Shown piece by piece: positions 53,359-62,853 of a stretch of DNA of 64,000 bases; within the stretch, counting starts at the first letter, position 1, and each line of letters opens with the position of its first letter. Made by a program: the position numbers and the translations under genes. Under the pieces are notes generated by a model, which saw only the letters and a list, made by a program, of their open reading frames with translations, was not told the origin of the DNA and did not search any database. The DNA lies in the NCBI GenBank assembly GCA_963710335.1, contig CAVQAA010000005.1, forward strand, positions 61,004-125,003. Reading direction: 5' to 3'. The DNA comes from an uncultured Spirochaetota bacterium (GTDB taxonomy: Bacteria; Spirochaetota; Spirochaetia; SZUA-6; Fen-1364).

Positions 53359-56322
53359 TTATTCCGGAAGATCTATCGACCTGTCGCCAAGCTCGGGTAT
53401 GGCGGCCGCGGCTTCGCTCAGGGAAGCGCGATTCGCGATGACCGACGTGAATCCTTTGTCAAACACATTTGACAGCTCCCGCGCAGCGTGCGCAACCTCG
53501 GCTTTCCGCGTGGCAATGAGCCTTTTGCGACGCTCCTGCCTCATTCGGTCCGTGACGCCGTGCAGCTTGCGATGCAGGCTCACGAAGCCCTTCTCCCCGG
53601 GGTCCATGGGCCGGTCTTCCCGTCCAACCGTGCCGATCACGGCCTTTTCAACCTCGTCCTCGTCCAGGGCTGCGCTCTCAACAAACGCGAGCGCTTCGCG
53701 AAAGCTCGCCAGGGTGCTTGCGATGTGAGGGTCCCGGTAAGACCCGAAGAGGAACAGGCCCTCCATGTTCCTGGGGAAGGAAAAAGCGCCGTACGCCCCA
53801 CCCTCCATGCGCACCTTCTCCCAGAGGTAGCCGGTGGAGAGCAGATGCCCCAGAACCGCGGCAGGACCATTCGCCGGCTGCTCGTAGTGGAAACCGGGGA
53901 TTGCGCGCGCCACATATCCCACGGAGGCGCTGGAAAGCAGCGACTCGGCCCTTGGGGACCTGTCCTGCGCGCTCGCCCCCGACTCCGCTTTCTTGCCGGA
54001 ACGGGAGTCCCTTGGCAAAGCCTGGGAAATGACGTGAACGGCCTTCTCCGCTTCCGGGAACGATGCTTCGACGGCCGTGGCGTTTGCCAGCATGTTCGCC
54101 TGCACCAGGAGGTCCTTTCGGATGGCCTCAAGGTTTTCCGTGATCCACGGCAGGCGCGCATCGAGGTCCCGGGCAAGACCTTCAAGGAAAAGAAGCTGCG
54201 TGATGCCCTTCCATTCTTCCTCCCGCGCGACGGACGGGGAGAGCATGCTGGCGGCCCGCATCATGGCAAACTGGTGCCCCCCGGGCACCAGGGAGGCTTT
54301 CATCCCGTTGCGCAGCTCAAGGACAAGGTCCCGAAGCCGCGTTCTGTCGCGGAAATCCGAGGCAGAGAGCAGGGAAGCCATGAGAACCGCCGCCTCTTCC
54401 AGGTTCTTGCGCAGGCAGCGCATGCGGAAGAACGCGTGCTGGCCGAATGACAGAGGCTCGCCGACCAACCCTCCTGCATCAAGGGATGCCGAAAACCCTC
54501 CGGTCAGGCGGAACAGGTCCAGGGCAACCTTGTCGTAGCTCCTGCCCGGCAGCCCGCATCCGCAGACTGCCTTGCCGAAAAGCGGAAGAAGAAGCGTCCG
54601 TTCCCCTGAAATTGCCTCCGTGGAAAAAGCGAGGTCGATGTAGACAACTTCATTCGTGAAGATGTCATGGAGGGAAAGCGGAACACCAGCGGGGGTGGTT
54701 GTCGTCTTTTCCGGTATGCGCTCGATCTCCGGGCGAAGGTCCGTGCGCTTCAGCGAGGGCAGCAGGGAAAGGGCTTTCTGCGAATCCGGGGTGACCTGGT
54801 ACGTGCGGAAATCCTTCGCGTCTGTCAGAAGCTGCGCTCTCTGCTCCGGGGTGAGGCGTCGCACTGCCTCCGCAACGAGAGCCTTTTCCGAGGCGGCCTC
54901 ACGGGCTTCCTGCTCCCTGTCCGGCCTGACAACAAGGGTGACGCGGTGCGGGTTTCCTGCCAGCTCCTTTTCGATGATCCCCTCCAGATAGCGGGGGTCC
55001 TTGGCAAGTCGCGCTTTCATGGCTGCCATCGCGGAATCGAACTCCAGCGAGGAAACGGGGTCGATCCCATGCACCCACCCGCGCAGGGCCCGCCCCATGA
55101 GCCGCAGGGCGTACGGGGAGCCGTTCCCGCGAATCTCGCGGTGCCTGAACTCAACCCGGTTGACCATGGATTCCACGAGCTCCCGCTCCAGCCCTTTTGA
55201 CGCGAGGGTTTCCAGGGTTTTCAGAATTATCCGGCTCACCTGCTCCGCGCGATCCGGCTCCGTGCCTCGAAGCCCTACTGCAAACACAAGCTCCTTGAGG
55301 TCCGTCTCCAGCCCGCTCACGGGTGAAAGGTCCTGCCCAAGCCCGGAATCCACGAGGGTCTTGCGCAACGGCGAGCCTGCGCTGCCTATCAACACTTCGG
55401 AAAGGATCTCATGCCCCAGGATCGATTGCGGATCAGCGGCGGCAGGAAGCAGCCAGCTCAGGGTGACGCTGGAGCGCGCGGAAAGGGGGGTGTCCGGCTT
55501 CACGGGAAATGTCTTCTCCAGCATGCGGGGCTCGGTCCAGCGCGGCTGCAGGGGTATTGAGGATTCTATGGTCTCCGCGGCGAATCCCGAGAGGAATCTC
55601 TCATGAAGAACGGCCAGGGTCTCTTCCGCCGGGATGTCGCCGTAAAGGAAGATGGTACAGTTGGAGGGATGATAGTAGCGCTTGTGAAACTCACGGGCCT
55701 GCTCCAGCGTCAGGGACGGCAGGAACCGGGGGTCGCCTCCGGAGTCGAACCTGTAAGGGGAATCGGGAAAAAGCGACCGGAATGCCCATTCACCCACGAT
55801 TGATTCCGGGCTCGAATACGCGCCCTTCATCTCGTTGTAGACCACGCCTGCGTAGCGAAGCTCGTCCTCCCTGCCGTTCACGGGCTCCAGCCGCCAGCCT
55901 TCCTGCATGAAAGTTTCCTTGCGAAGCAAGGGATGGAAGACCGCGTCACCGTAGACGTCGAGGAGGTTGAAAAAATCCACGCGGTTGCAGCTGGCCGCGG
56001 GGTACACCGTCCTGTCCGGGTACGTCAGTGCATTGAGAAACGTGTGCATGCTCCCCTTCATGAGCGCGGAGAACGGCTCCTTCAGGGGATAGCGGCGGGA
56101 ACCGCTCAAGACGGAATGCTCCGTTATATGGGAGACGCCGGTATCATCCCGTGGCGGCGTGGCAAAACAGAACGCGAACAGGTTCTCCGTGTCGGACGTC
56201 GCTATGTGCAGGACTTCGCAGCCCGTGGCCACGTGCCGCACATGCAGCGCGCTGGAGCGGTACTCGGGAAGCTCCCGACGTGCCAGCACCTGGAAGGCGC
56301 CGATCGAATCGCGAGCAGTCAT
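53359..56322 (-). CDS. M16 family (insulinase / PreP-like) zinc metalloprotease
   Basis: 987 aa with the inverted zinc motif HITEH followed by NALTYPDRTVYP. The length and architecture resemble presequence-protease-type M16C enzymes. Confidence 0.85.
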   Translation of the reverse strand: MTARDSIGAFQVLARRELPEYRSSALHVRHVATGCEVLHIATSDTENLFAFCFATPPRDDTGVSHITEHSVLSGSRRYPLKEPFSALMKGSMHTFLNALTYPDRTVYPAASCNRVDFFNLLDVYGDAVFHPLLRKETFMQEGWRLEPVNGREDELRYAGVVYNEMKGAYSSPESIVGEWAFRSLFPDSPYRFDSGGDPRFLPSLTLEQAREFHKRYYHPSNCTIFLYGDIPAEETLAVLHERFLSGFAAETIESSIPLQPRWTEPRMLEKTFPVKPDTPLSARSSVTLSWLLPAAADPQSILGHEILSEVLIGSAGSPLRKTLVDSGLGQDLSPVSGLETDLKELVFAVGLRGTEPDRAEQVSRIILKTLETLASKGLERELVESMVNRVEFRHREIRGNGSPYALRLMGRALRGWVHGIDPVSSLEFDSAMAAMKARLAKDPRYLEGIIEKELAGNPHRVTLVVRPDREQEAREAASEKALVAEAVRRLTPEQRAQLLTDAKDFRTYQVTPDSQKALSLLPSLKRTDLRPEIERIPEKTTTTPAGVPLSLHDIFTNEVVYIDLAFSTEAISGERTLLLPLFGKAVCGCGLPGRSYDKVALDLFRLTGGFSASLDAGGLVGEPLSFGQHAFFRMRCLRKNLEEAAVLMASLLSASDFRDRTRLRDLVLELRNGMKASLVPGGHQFAMMRAASMLSPSVAREEEWKGITQLLFLEGLARDLDARLPWITENLEAIRKDLLVQANMLANATAVEASFPEAEKAVHVISQALPRDSRSGKKAESGASAQDRSPRAESLLSSASVGYVARAIPGFHYEQPANGPAAVLGHLLSTGYLWEKVRMEGGAYGAFSFPRNMEGLFLFGSYRDPHIASTLASFREALAFVESAALDEDEVEKAVIGTVGREDRPMDPGEKGFVSLHRKLHGVTDRMRQERRKRLIATRKAEVAHAARELSNVFDKGFTSVIANRASLSEAAAAIPELGDRSIDLPE

Positions 56323-56385
56323 GATTGTACCAATATACGAACCTGTCCGCGCCGTGTCTATTCATCCCTGTGTTATACTCCCCCC

Positions 56386-57372
56386 GTGATTGATCCCGCA
56401 TTCCGGCAACAAATGGAAAGACATGCACAATTTGCCAGCGACATCCGTGAGTATTTCGCCAGGCACGGCTACGTGGAGGTAGAGACACCGACGCTCTCCC
56501 CGTTTCTCATTCCCGAGCCGGCCATAGAGGTGTTCCCGACCCGGTACGACGGGCCGGGGGGGCGAAGCCGTGATCTCTGGCTCATTCCCTCCCCCGAGCT
56601 GTGGATGAAACGGCTTCTTGGCCGCGGGAGCGGCAACATATTCCAGATCAGCCGAAGCTTTAGAAACGGTGACCAGGCCAGCCCGGTCCACAACCCCGAG
56701 TTTCGCCTGCTGGAATGGTACACAGTTGGAGCAGGATATGTCGAGTCAATCGCCGTGCTGGAGAGCCTTTTCTCGCATTTGCTGTCAGCCGGGTGGGGAG
56801 ACGGCGCGCGGGGGCTGCTGCCGCCCTTTCGACGCCTTACCATGAATGAGGCTTTCCAGCGGCACGCGGACATCGATCTTCTTCAGTGCCAGGACGTGGA
56901 AAGCCTGGTCACTGCAGCCGCGGGCCGGGGAGTGAGCATGTCCCGGGAGTGCACCTGGGAAGAGGCCTTTCACATCGTGTTCCTGACCATCGTTGAGCCG
57001 GCGCTGCCCAGAGATCGCCCGCTGGTGCTCATGGATTATCCCGCGCTGGTGCCGACCACGGCGCGCAGGGTTGCCGGGACTCCCTGGGCGCAACGGTGGG
57101 AGCTTTTCATCGACGGGGTGGAAATTGCCAACTGCTACACGGAAGAGACGGATCAGCAAGCTCTGGAAGCGCTGCTTCGTGATGAGGAGGAGCGCAAGAA
57201 AAAGTGCCGGGTGCAGCACCGCGCGGATACGGGCCTTGCCCGCGCGTTTCCGCCGGGCTTTCCGCCGGTCAGCGGAGCCGCCCTCGGAGTCGAGCGGCTG
57301 GAGATGATATTCTCCGGAGAAAGATCTCTCCAGGGGGTGATTTTGTTTCCCTTTTCGGATATAGTGCGTTGA
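56386..57372 (+). CDS. epmA: EF-P lysine aminoacylase (lysyl-tRNA synthetase-like, EpmA/GenX/PoxA)
   Basis: Part of ORF 55933..57372, starting at GTG 56386 (alternative ATG 56413). Contains IREYFARHGYVEVETP, FQISRSFRNGDQASPVHNPEFRLLEWY and the class II motif-3-like GAALGVERL. It has no anticodon-binding domain. Confidence 0.8.
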   Translation: MIDPAFRQQMERHAQFASDIREYFARHGYVEVETPTLSPFLIPEPAIEVFPTRYDGPGGRSRDLWLIPSPELWMKRLLGRGSGNIFQISRSFRNGDQASPVHNPEFRLLEWYTVGAGYVESIAVLESLFSHLLSAGWGDGARGLLPPFRRLTMNEAFQRHADIDLLQCQDVESLVTAAAGRGVSMSRECTWEEAFHIVFLTIVEPALPRDRPLVLMDYPALVPTTARRVAGTPWAQRWELFIDGVEIANCYTEETDQQALEALLRDEEERKKKCRVQHRADTGLARAFPPGFPPVSGAALGVERLEMIFSGERSLQGVILFPFSDIVR

Positions 57373-57400
57373 CAATCCAGAATATTCGGAAAGGAATCAC

Positions 57401-57964
57401 ATGATCAAGGCGAGTGATATTGCGAAAGGAACGTTCATCCTCATCAACAACCAGCCTCACGTCTGCGTCGAGCGGGAATATGTGAACCCGGGAAAAGGCT
57501 CCGCATTTGTGCGCCTGAAGCTGAAGAACATCAAGACAGGCATGGTCCTTCGCCAGACGAACAAGGTCCAGGACAACCTGGAGGACGTGTCGGTGGAGTA
57601 CAAGGAAGTGCAGTTCCTCTACGCCGACAATGAAAACTACGCCTTCATGGACACCAAGACATACGAGCAGTTCACCATCCCCATCGAGGGGGAAGAAGAG
57701 AAACGGGACTTTCTCAAGGACGGGGAGAACTACCAGGTCGTGTTCTGGGAGCAGACTCCCATTGATATCAAGCTGCCAACGAAGATGGTATTCACCGTGT
57801 CGGAGGCGGAGAAAGCCGAGCGCGGGGACACGGTGAGCGGCGCAACCAAGGTCATCACCTGTGAGACGGGCTTGAAAGTGAAAGTGCCGCTTTTCATAAA
57901 AACGGGGGACCGCATTCTCGTGAACACGGAAACCAGGGAATACCAGGAGCGGGTGAACAGCTAG
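57401..57964 (+). CDS. efp: translation elongation factor P
   Basis: 187 aa. The loop VNPGKGSAFVRLKLKN carries the conserved modifiable Lys. Confidence 0.95.
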   Translation: MIKASDIAKGTFILINNQPHVCVEREYVNPGKGSAFVRLKLKNIKTGMVLRQTNKVQDNLEDVSVEYKEVQFLYADNENYAFMDTKTYEQFTIPIEGEEEKRDFLKDGENYQVVFWEQTPIDIKLPTKMVFTVSEAEKAERGDTVSGATKVITCETGLKVKVPLFIKTGDRILVNTETREYQERVNS

Positions 57965-57986
57965 AACCCGTCCGACACCCAGGCGC

Positions 57987-59135
57987 ATGTCCATCTCCCC
58001 CATCCTCTATCTCGTCTCCGCGGCGCATTTCTTCAACGATATCTACATGGGGTTTCTGACGCCGATTTTCCCCATTGCCATGAAGAAGTTCGGCCTCAGT
58101 CTCTCCATGATAGGCACCATCTCCATGGTGGCGGCGCTGGCATCCGCGCTCTCGCAGCCGTTTTTCGGCACTCTGTTCGACAGGTTCGGCCTCACCGCCC
58201 TGGTATACCTGGCCCCCCTGCTCACCGGCCTTCTCATCAGCTCCCTGGGCATCACGACAAGCTATCCCCTGTTCCTTGCGCTCCTGTTCCTTGGCTGTCT
58301 CGGGTCCGCCGCATTTCACCCGAAGGGCGCTTCCGTGACCCCCGCCCTCAGCGGCCGGCATCCGGAAATCGGCATGGCTGTGTTCAGCGCGGGAGGCAAC
58401 CTGGGCTTTGCCGCGGGACCGGCGGTGATTGCGATCTTCATCTCCATCTGGGGATTCGCCGCCACTCCCGTTCTGGCCGTGCCTGCCGCGGCAGTGGCAC
58501 TGGTGCTCTTCCTCCTCCTTCCCGCCCGCGAGCTGGAGGAGAGAACCCGCACGGTGACGCGCATGACGTGGCGGAGCCTTCTCTCCGACCGCAGGGAGAT
58601 GCCTGTCCTCATGCGTCTCGTGTTCATCAATTTCTCACTGCAGGTGGCGGTCCGGGGATTGCAGACATTCCTTCCCGTCTACATGACGGGGCTGGCAGTA
58701 CCCCTGACGGGAATCGGCATCATCTTCACCGTCATGCTTGCGCTGGGAGCCATCATCTCGATCTTCGTGAGCTCGTTTTCTCGACAAACCGGAAAGCGGG
58801 CTCTGATCCTGGTTTCCATCACGGCAAGCGTCCCCCTCTGCATGGCGGGATTCCTCCTCATGCCGTCAGCCTGGGGTTATGCGCTCGCAGTGCTGGGAGG
58901 AATCTCCCTCACGTTTTCCAATCCCCTGCTCATTCTTTTTGCCCAGAAGCATTCAGGAGGCTCCCCGGCCCTGGCCTCCTCCCTCATCATGGGCATCTCC
59001 TGGGGGCTGGCGGGGCTCCTCATGGTCCCCCTGGGCGCACTGGGTGAGGTCTTCGGGCTGAAGGGGACTCTGGTGATGGTGAGTGCCTTCCCGCTTCTCT
59101 CCGCGGTGTCGTGTCTCCGGTTGCCAGGCGAATAA
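57987..59135 (+). CDS. MFS transporter
   Basis: 382 aa with about 12 hydrophobic segments. FGTLFDRFG is a motif A-like loop. Confidence 0.75.
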   Translation: MSISPILYLVSAAHFFNDIYMGFLTPIFPIAMKKFGLSLSMIGTISMVAALASALSQPFFGTLFDRFGLTALVYLAPLLTGLLISSLGITTSYPLFLALLFLGCLGSAAFHPKGASVTPALSGRHPEIGMAVFSAGGNLGFAAGPAVIAIFISIWGFAATPVLAVPAAAVALVLFLLLPARELEERTRTVTRMTWRSLLSDRREMPVLMRLVFINFSLQVAVRGLQTFLPVYMTGLAVPLTGIGIIFTVMLALGAIISIFVSSFSRQTGKRALILVSITASVPLCMAGFLLMPSAWGYALAVLGGISLTFSNPLLILFAQKHSGGSPALASSLIMGISWGLAGLLMVPLGALGEVFGLKGTLVMVSAFPLLSAVSCLRLPGE

Positions 59136-59155
59136 CGAGCCCGTGGCCCCTGGCT

Positions 59156-60559
59156 CTACTCCCAGAGGTATTCGCCGGCAACATGAAAGTCGGACGGGCC
59201 CTCGAGGATCCCCGACTCCCCTATTGCATTGCATGCGCTCATGTATGCGCGGAGGCTGGCCTCAATGACGTCGGTGCTGCGGTGACGACCATGGAAGCGC
59301 CGGCCCCGCAGCTCCGCCGTGACAATCACTTCCGTCAACGCGTCAGTCCCCGACCCGATGGTGGATACCGAATAGAGGACCATACGCGTCGCGAAACCCA
59401 GCGCCTTGTCCACTGCCCGGAAAAGTGCGTCGATGGGCCCGTTGCCGTGAGAGGTCTGCGTGAGGGCCTTCCCGTCCCTCTTGATCACGACGACTCCCAC
59501 CGGCGGCGAATGGGACGCCGTCATCACGTTGAATGATTCAAGCGTGTAGGGCCCCTTGCGCTCAGGGACCGGCGGCAGGAGAAAGGTTTCATCCGGCAGC
59601 CTGCCAATTGTCGTTTCCCGCATGAGCCGGCGCATATCCGGGCTGAGGGACCTGCCGGAAAAGCCGCCGGGCGCGGGCATGAAAGCGCACTGGCCGATGA
59701 TTGGCTTGTTCGGATGGGTCCGCACTCCCGTGAGGCTGTCGAACAGCCGGGCAGTGCGCTCGATCTCCTCCAGCTTGATGCCGTGCGAGATCCCGTAGCG
59801 ATGCCCGAATGCGCTCATGAGGAAAACCACCTCTTCAAGGGCCGCATTGCCTGCCCGCTCTCCGAATCCTCCAATGGTCACCTCGACATGGGAGGCTCCG
59901 GCGCATACGGCGGCAAGTGTATTTGCGGCGGCAAGGCCCAGATCGTTATGGCAGTGTATGCCGATTACGGTCTTGGAGCCCGCCCCCAGGAGCGTTTGCA
60001 GCTCTTTCACAATGAGCGTGGCGTCTTCCGGGACCAGGATGCCGTTCGTGTCAGCCAGGTTTATCACGTCAGCGCCCGCGTCCCGGGCTGCTTCGAACAC
60101 CTTCCGAAGAAACTCCGGCCGGGCGTGCGGAGCCTCGCTCAGGGAGAACTGCACTTTCACGCCCGCCGATTTCGCTGACCCGACGCAGTCTTTGATGCCC
60201 CGAAGTGCTTCCTCTTCCCCGATCTTCAGCACGTGCTTGAGGAACTCAGGTGAGACACCCATGAAGATGTGAAGGTAAGGGCGGCTGGCCAGGGCAAGGA
60301 CTTTGAGCGCCTTCTCGACATCCCCCGGCAGCGCACGCGCAAGGGCCGCAACGTAAGGACCCTCCACCTCGTCACACACCCGGCTGACGCAATCCGATTC
60401 CTCCTGGGATGCAGACGGGAACCCCGCTTCTATGACATCCACGCCCAGCTTCGCAAGCTGGCGCGCCAGTACGACCTTGTCATCCGGGGAAAGCACGACA
60501 AATGGAAGCTTGTTCCCATCACGAAGGGTCGTGTCAAAAACTTCGATGTGTCGGGCCAT
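59156..60559 (-). CDS. 2-isopropylmalate/homocitrate/citramalate synthase family protein (LeuA-like)
   Basis: 467 aa. Contains FDTTLRDGN, HCHNDLGLAAANTLAA and GFGERAGNAALEEVV, plus a C-terminal LeuA-dimerisation-like region. Confidence 0.8.
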   Translation of the reverse strand: MARHIEVFDTTLRDGNKLPFVVLSPDDKVVLARQLAKLGVDVIEAGFPSASQEESDCVSRVCDEVEGPYVAALARALPGDVEKALKVLALASRPYLHIFMGVSPEFLKHVLKIGEEEALRGIKDCVGSAKSAGVKVQFSLSEAPHARPEFLRKVFEAARDAGADVINLADTNGILVPEDATLIVKELQTLLGAGSKTVIGIHCHNDLGLAAANTLAAVCAGASHVEVTIGGFGERAGNAALEEVVFLMSAFGHRYGISHGIKLEEIERTARLFDSLTGVRTHPNKPIIGQCAFMPAPGGFSGRSLSPDMRRLMRETTIGRLPDETFLLPPVPERKGPYTLESFNVMTASHSPPVGVVVIKRDGKALTQTSHGNGPIDALFRAVDKALGFATRMVLYSVSTIGSGTDALTEVIVTAELRGRRFHGRHRSTDVIEASLRAYMSACNAIGESGILEGPSDFHVAGEYLWE

Positions 60560-60627
60560 GGCTCATGATAGCCCAGGGCAGACAACTTGTCACCCGTCGC
60601 GCCGTGGTCTATGCTCCGTGCGCCGTC

Positions 60628-62091
60628 ATGGTGCGTATCGCCTTCATTGTCATGGCCCTGGCCGCAGGTGCTCTTCGCGTCTCCTGTCTTGCCTTGTTTG
60701 TTCAAGCGTCGGATGACTTGTGGCCGGAGTGGCAGCGGCTCACTTCCGTTTCTCCCCTGCCGCGAGGGACGGAAGTCATACGGCTGCCGCCGGGCTTCGC
60801 GGCGCCTGGAGACCGGGCAGTCCTCAGCTTCGGGGAGGCCGGGAAAGTGGTCGCGCTCATGCCGCTTGTGCCCGTTGTCAGGCTTGGCGACCAGCGATTG
60901 TCCGCAACGCGCGCCGAGATCACACGTGGGGAAATTCCGGTCAAGCCCTTGTGCACGGTGTCCCTTCCTGATGTCGCGGTCCCCGTCGACGGCTCCTTCC
61001 CCGACCAGGCCGGTTATCCCCTCAGCGCGGACTTGACCCTTGATCTGGACAGCTCGGACGCGGGATTGCGCGCGTGGTATGCGAGGCTTCCCGCACCCGT
61101 AGCGGGAGCCGGAACCGCGGTCACGTGGATCCAGGCTGTCGGTGACGTCATGCCGGCTCGAGGGGTTGATCAGGCTCTCCTTGCAAAGGACGGGCTCCAA
61201 AGGGTGTTCGGGAGCACTCTTGCTCTTCTGCGCGGAGGCGGACTGCTGCTCGGGAACCTGGAATCATCGACTGCCCTGGGGGGAGCGCCGGAGAACAAGA
61301 GCTATACCTTCAGGTTTCGCGCCGACGCGGTGGGAAAGCTGAAAGAGGCCGGCTTTTTCTATCTTTCCCTTGCAAACAATCACACATTCGATTTCGGGGC
61401 CGCCGGGTTCCTGCAGACCCTTTCCACGCTTTCACAATGGGGGGTCGCCACTTCCGGGGCAGGCGCTGATCTGCAGAGTGCCTCGCGTCCTGCCGTGATG
61501 ACGATCGGCTCTCAGGAAATCAGGATCCTCTCATTCGGGGCTTTTCCCGTTGATCGCACGGGGTTCGACGGAGCGGTGATCGAGCGCGCAGGGACCTTGA
61601 AGCCGGGCATCCTGTGGCTCGACGAACAAGGCCTGGCCGTCGCCGCCCGGGCATTTGCCGGCAGCAACGCGTTTACCATCGCGCTTGTTCACGGCGGTGA
61701 GGAGTGGAGCGCGGCGCCGACCCCGGAACAGAAGCGCCTCTACCGGGAGCTGGTGCGGAACGGGGCGGACCTCGTGCTGGGCGCGCATCCGCATGTCCTG
61801 GAGGGATTGGAGGCGATTGACGGAAGCTTGATCGTCTACTCGCTTGGCAACTTCCTCTTTCCCGGCATGGACGGAACTCCCGGGGGCCAGGACTCTGTCA
61901 TATTGAGGATCGGGGTATATAATGGCAGGGTGCGGTACGTTCAAGCTCTCCCCGTCCGTCTTCACGCGGGAACGGTCAGCCGGGTAGATGACGGTACCGC
62001 TTTGCATGAGCTCATGGTACGAACCCGGGCGCTCACGGGGGTTCAATCCTGGGAGGGGTGGCAGAAAACGGAGCGGGAAGTGTTTCAGTAG
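60628..62091 (+). CDS. CapA family (poly-gamma-glutamate capsule synthesis / metallophosphatase) protein
   Basis: Part of ORF 60502..62091. ATG 60628 gives the signal-like MVRIAFIVMALAAGAL. Contains AVGDVMPARG, LGNLES, SLANNHTFDFG, HGGEEW, GAHPHVLEG and YSLGNFLF. Confidence 0.8.
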   Translation: MVRIAFIVMALAAGALRVSCLALFVQASDDLWPEWQRLTSVSPLPRGTEVIRLPPGFAAPGDRAVLSFGEAGKVVALMPLVPVVRLGDQRLSATRAEITRGEIPVKPLCTVSLPDVAVPVDGSFPDQAGYPLSADLTLDLDSSDAGLRAWYARLPAPVAGAGTAVTWIQAVGDVMPARGVDQALLAKDGLQRVFGSTLALLRGGGLLLGNLESSTALGGAPENKSYTFRFRADAVGKLKEAGFFYLSLANNHTFDFGAAGFLQTLSTLSQWGVATSGAGADLQSASRPAVMTIGSQEIRILSFGAFPVDRTGFDGAVIERAGTLKPGILWLDEQGLAVAARAFAGSNAFTIALVHGGEEWSAAPTPEQKRLYRELVRNGADLVLGAHPHVLEGLEAIDGSLIVYSLGNFLFPGMDGTPGGQDSVILRIGVYNGRVRYVQALPVRLHAGTVSRVDDGTALHELMVRTRALTGVQSWEGWQKTEREVFQ

Positions 62092-62112
62092 GAAAGCTCG
62101 GTAGGAAAGGCA

Positions 62113-62838
62113 ATGAAAGAAACAATACGGTCAAGCTCGAGGCCCTGGAAGCTCGCGTCAGCGGCGCTGGCAGCCGCAGGCGCGCTTGCCCTGGCATCCT
62201 GCACAACGGTGAACAGGCTTGGGGAGTTCGATATACAGGACCGGACCATGGCCGCGCAGATGCGCGTTCCGCCCGAACCGCGCATGGACGTGCATTATCA
62301 CATCATGATCGACTTTTCCAATCCAATCGGCACCGCAATCAACGTGGGATCGAACATTGCGAAAGCCGCGAACGCCGATCGAGTGGATTCACTGATGAGA
62401 GAGGCGCTGCAGGTGGTTGACGTTCCGGGCATGGTTCGCGACGAATCGTATTCCACGTGTCTCGCGGTGCTGGGCGCGCAGGAAGAGGATGATACCGGCG
62501 CTGCAGACTACCTCCTGGACTTCGACATCCACAAATGGGGGGTTCACGCCAGCTCCTGGACCAGCGCGGTGAGCCTTCGCTTGGACCTCACCGCCAGCCT
62601 TTACAGCAACGCGGAAAAGACCGTCGTGTGGCGCCGGGACATCGATGTAGAAAGAACCGCGACGCCTGCCATGTTTGGCCTGGACTCCACAATCGGCAAT
62701 TTCGTCACCACCGCGGCCCTGGCAAGCTTGTCGGAAGAGGACCTGCAGAACGGGTTTGACGCGCTGGCAAGGGACACGGCCCTCACCATTTCGCGCACGC
62801 TGCAGGACGATCTGTACAACGCCCGCTACGGAGATTGA
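62113..62838 (+). CDS. lipoprotein of unknown function
   Basis: 241 aa with signal and lipobox AAAGALALASC. I recognised no family motif. Confidence 0.6.
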   Translation: MKETIRSSSRPWKLASAALAAAGALALASCTTVNRLGEFDIQDRTMAAQMRVPPEPRMDVHYHIMIDFSNPIGTAINVGSNIAKAANADRVDSLMREALQVVDVPGMVRDESYSTCLAVLGAQEEDDTGAADYLLDFDIHKWGVHASSWTSAVSLRLDLTASLYSNAEKTVVWRRDIDVERTATPAMFGLDSTIGNFVTTAALASLSEEDLQNGFDALARDTALTISRTLQDDLYNARYGD

Positions 62839-62853
62839 AGCCGCGGGCCCGGA

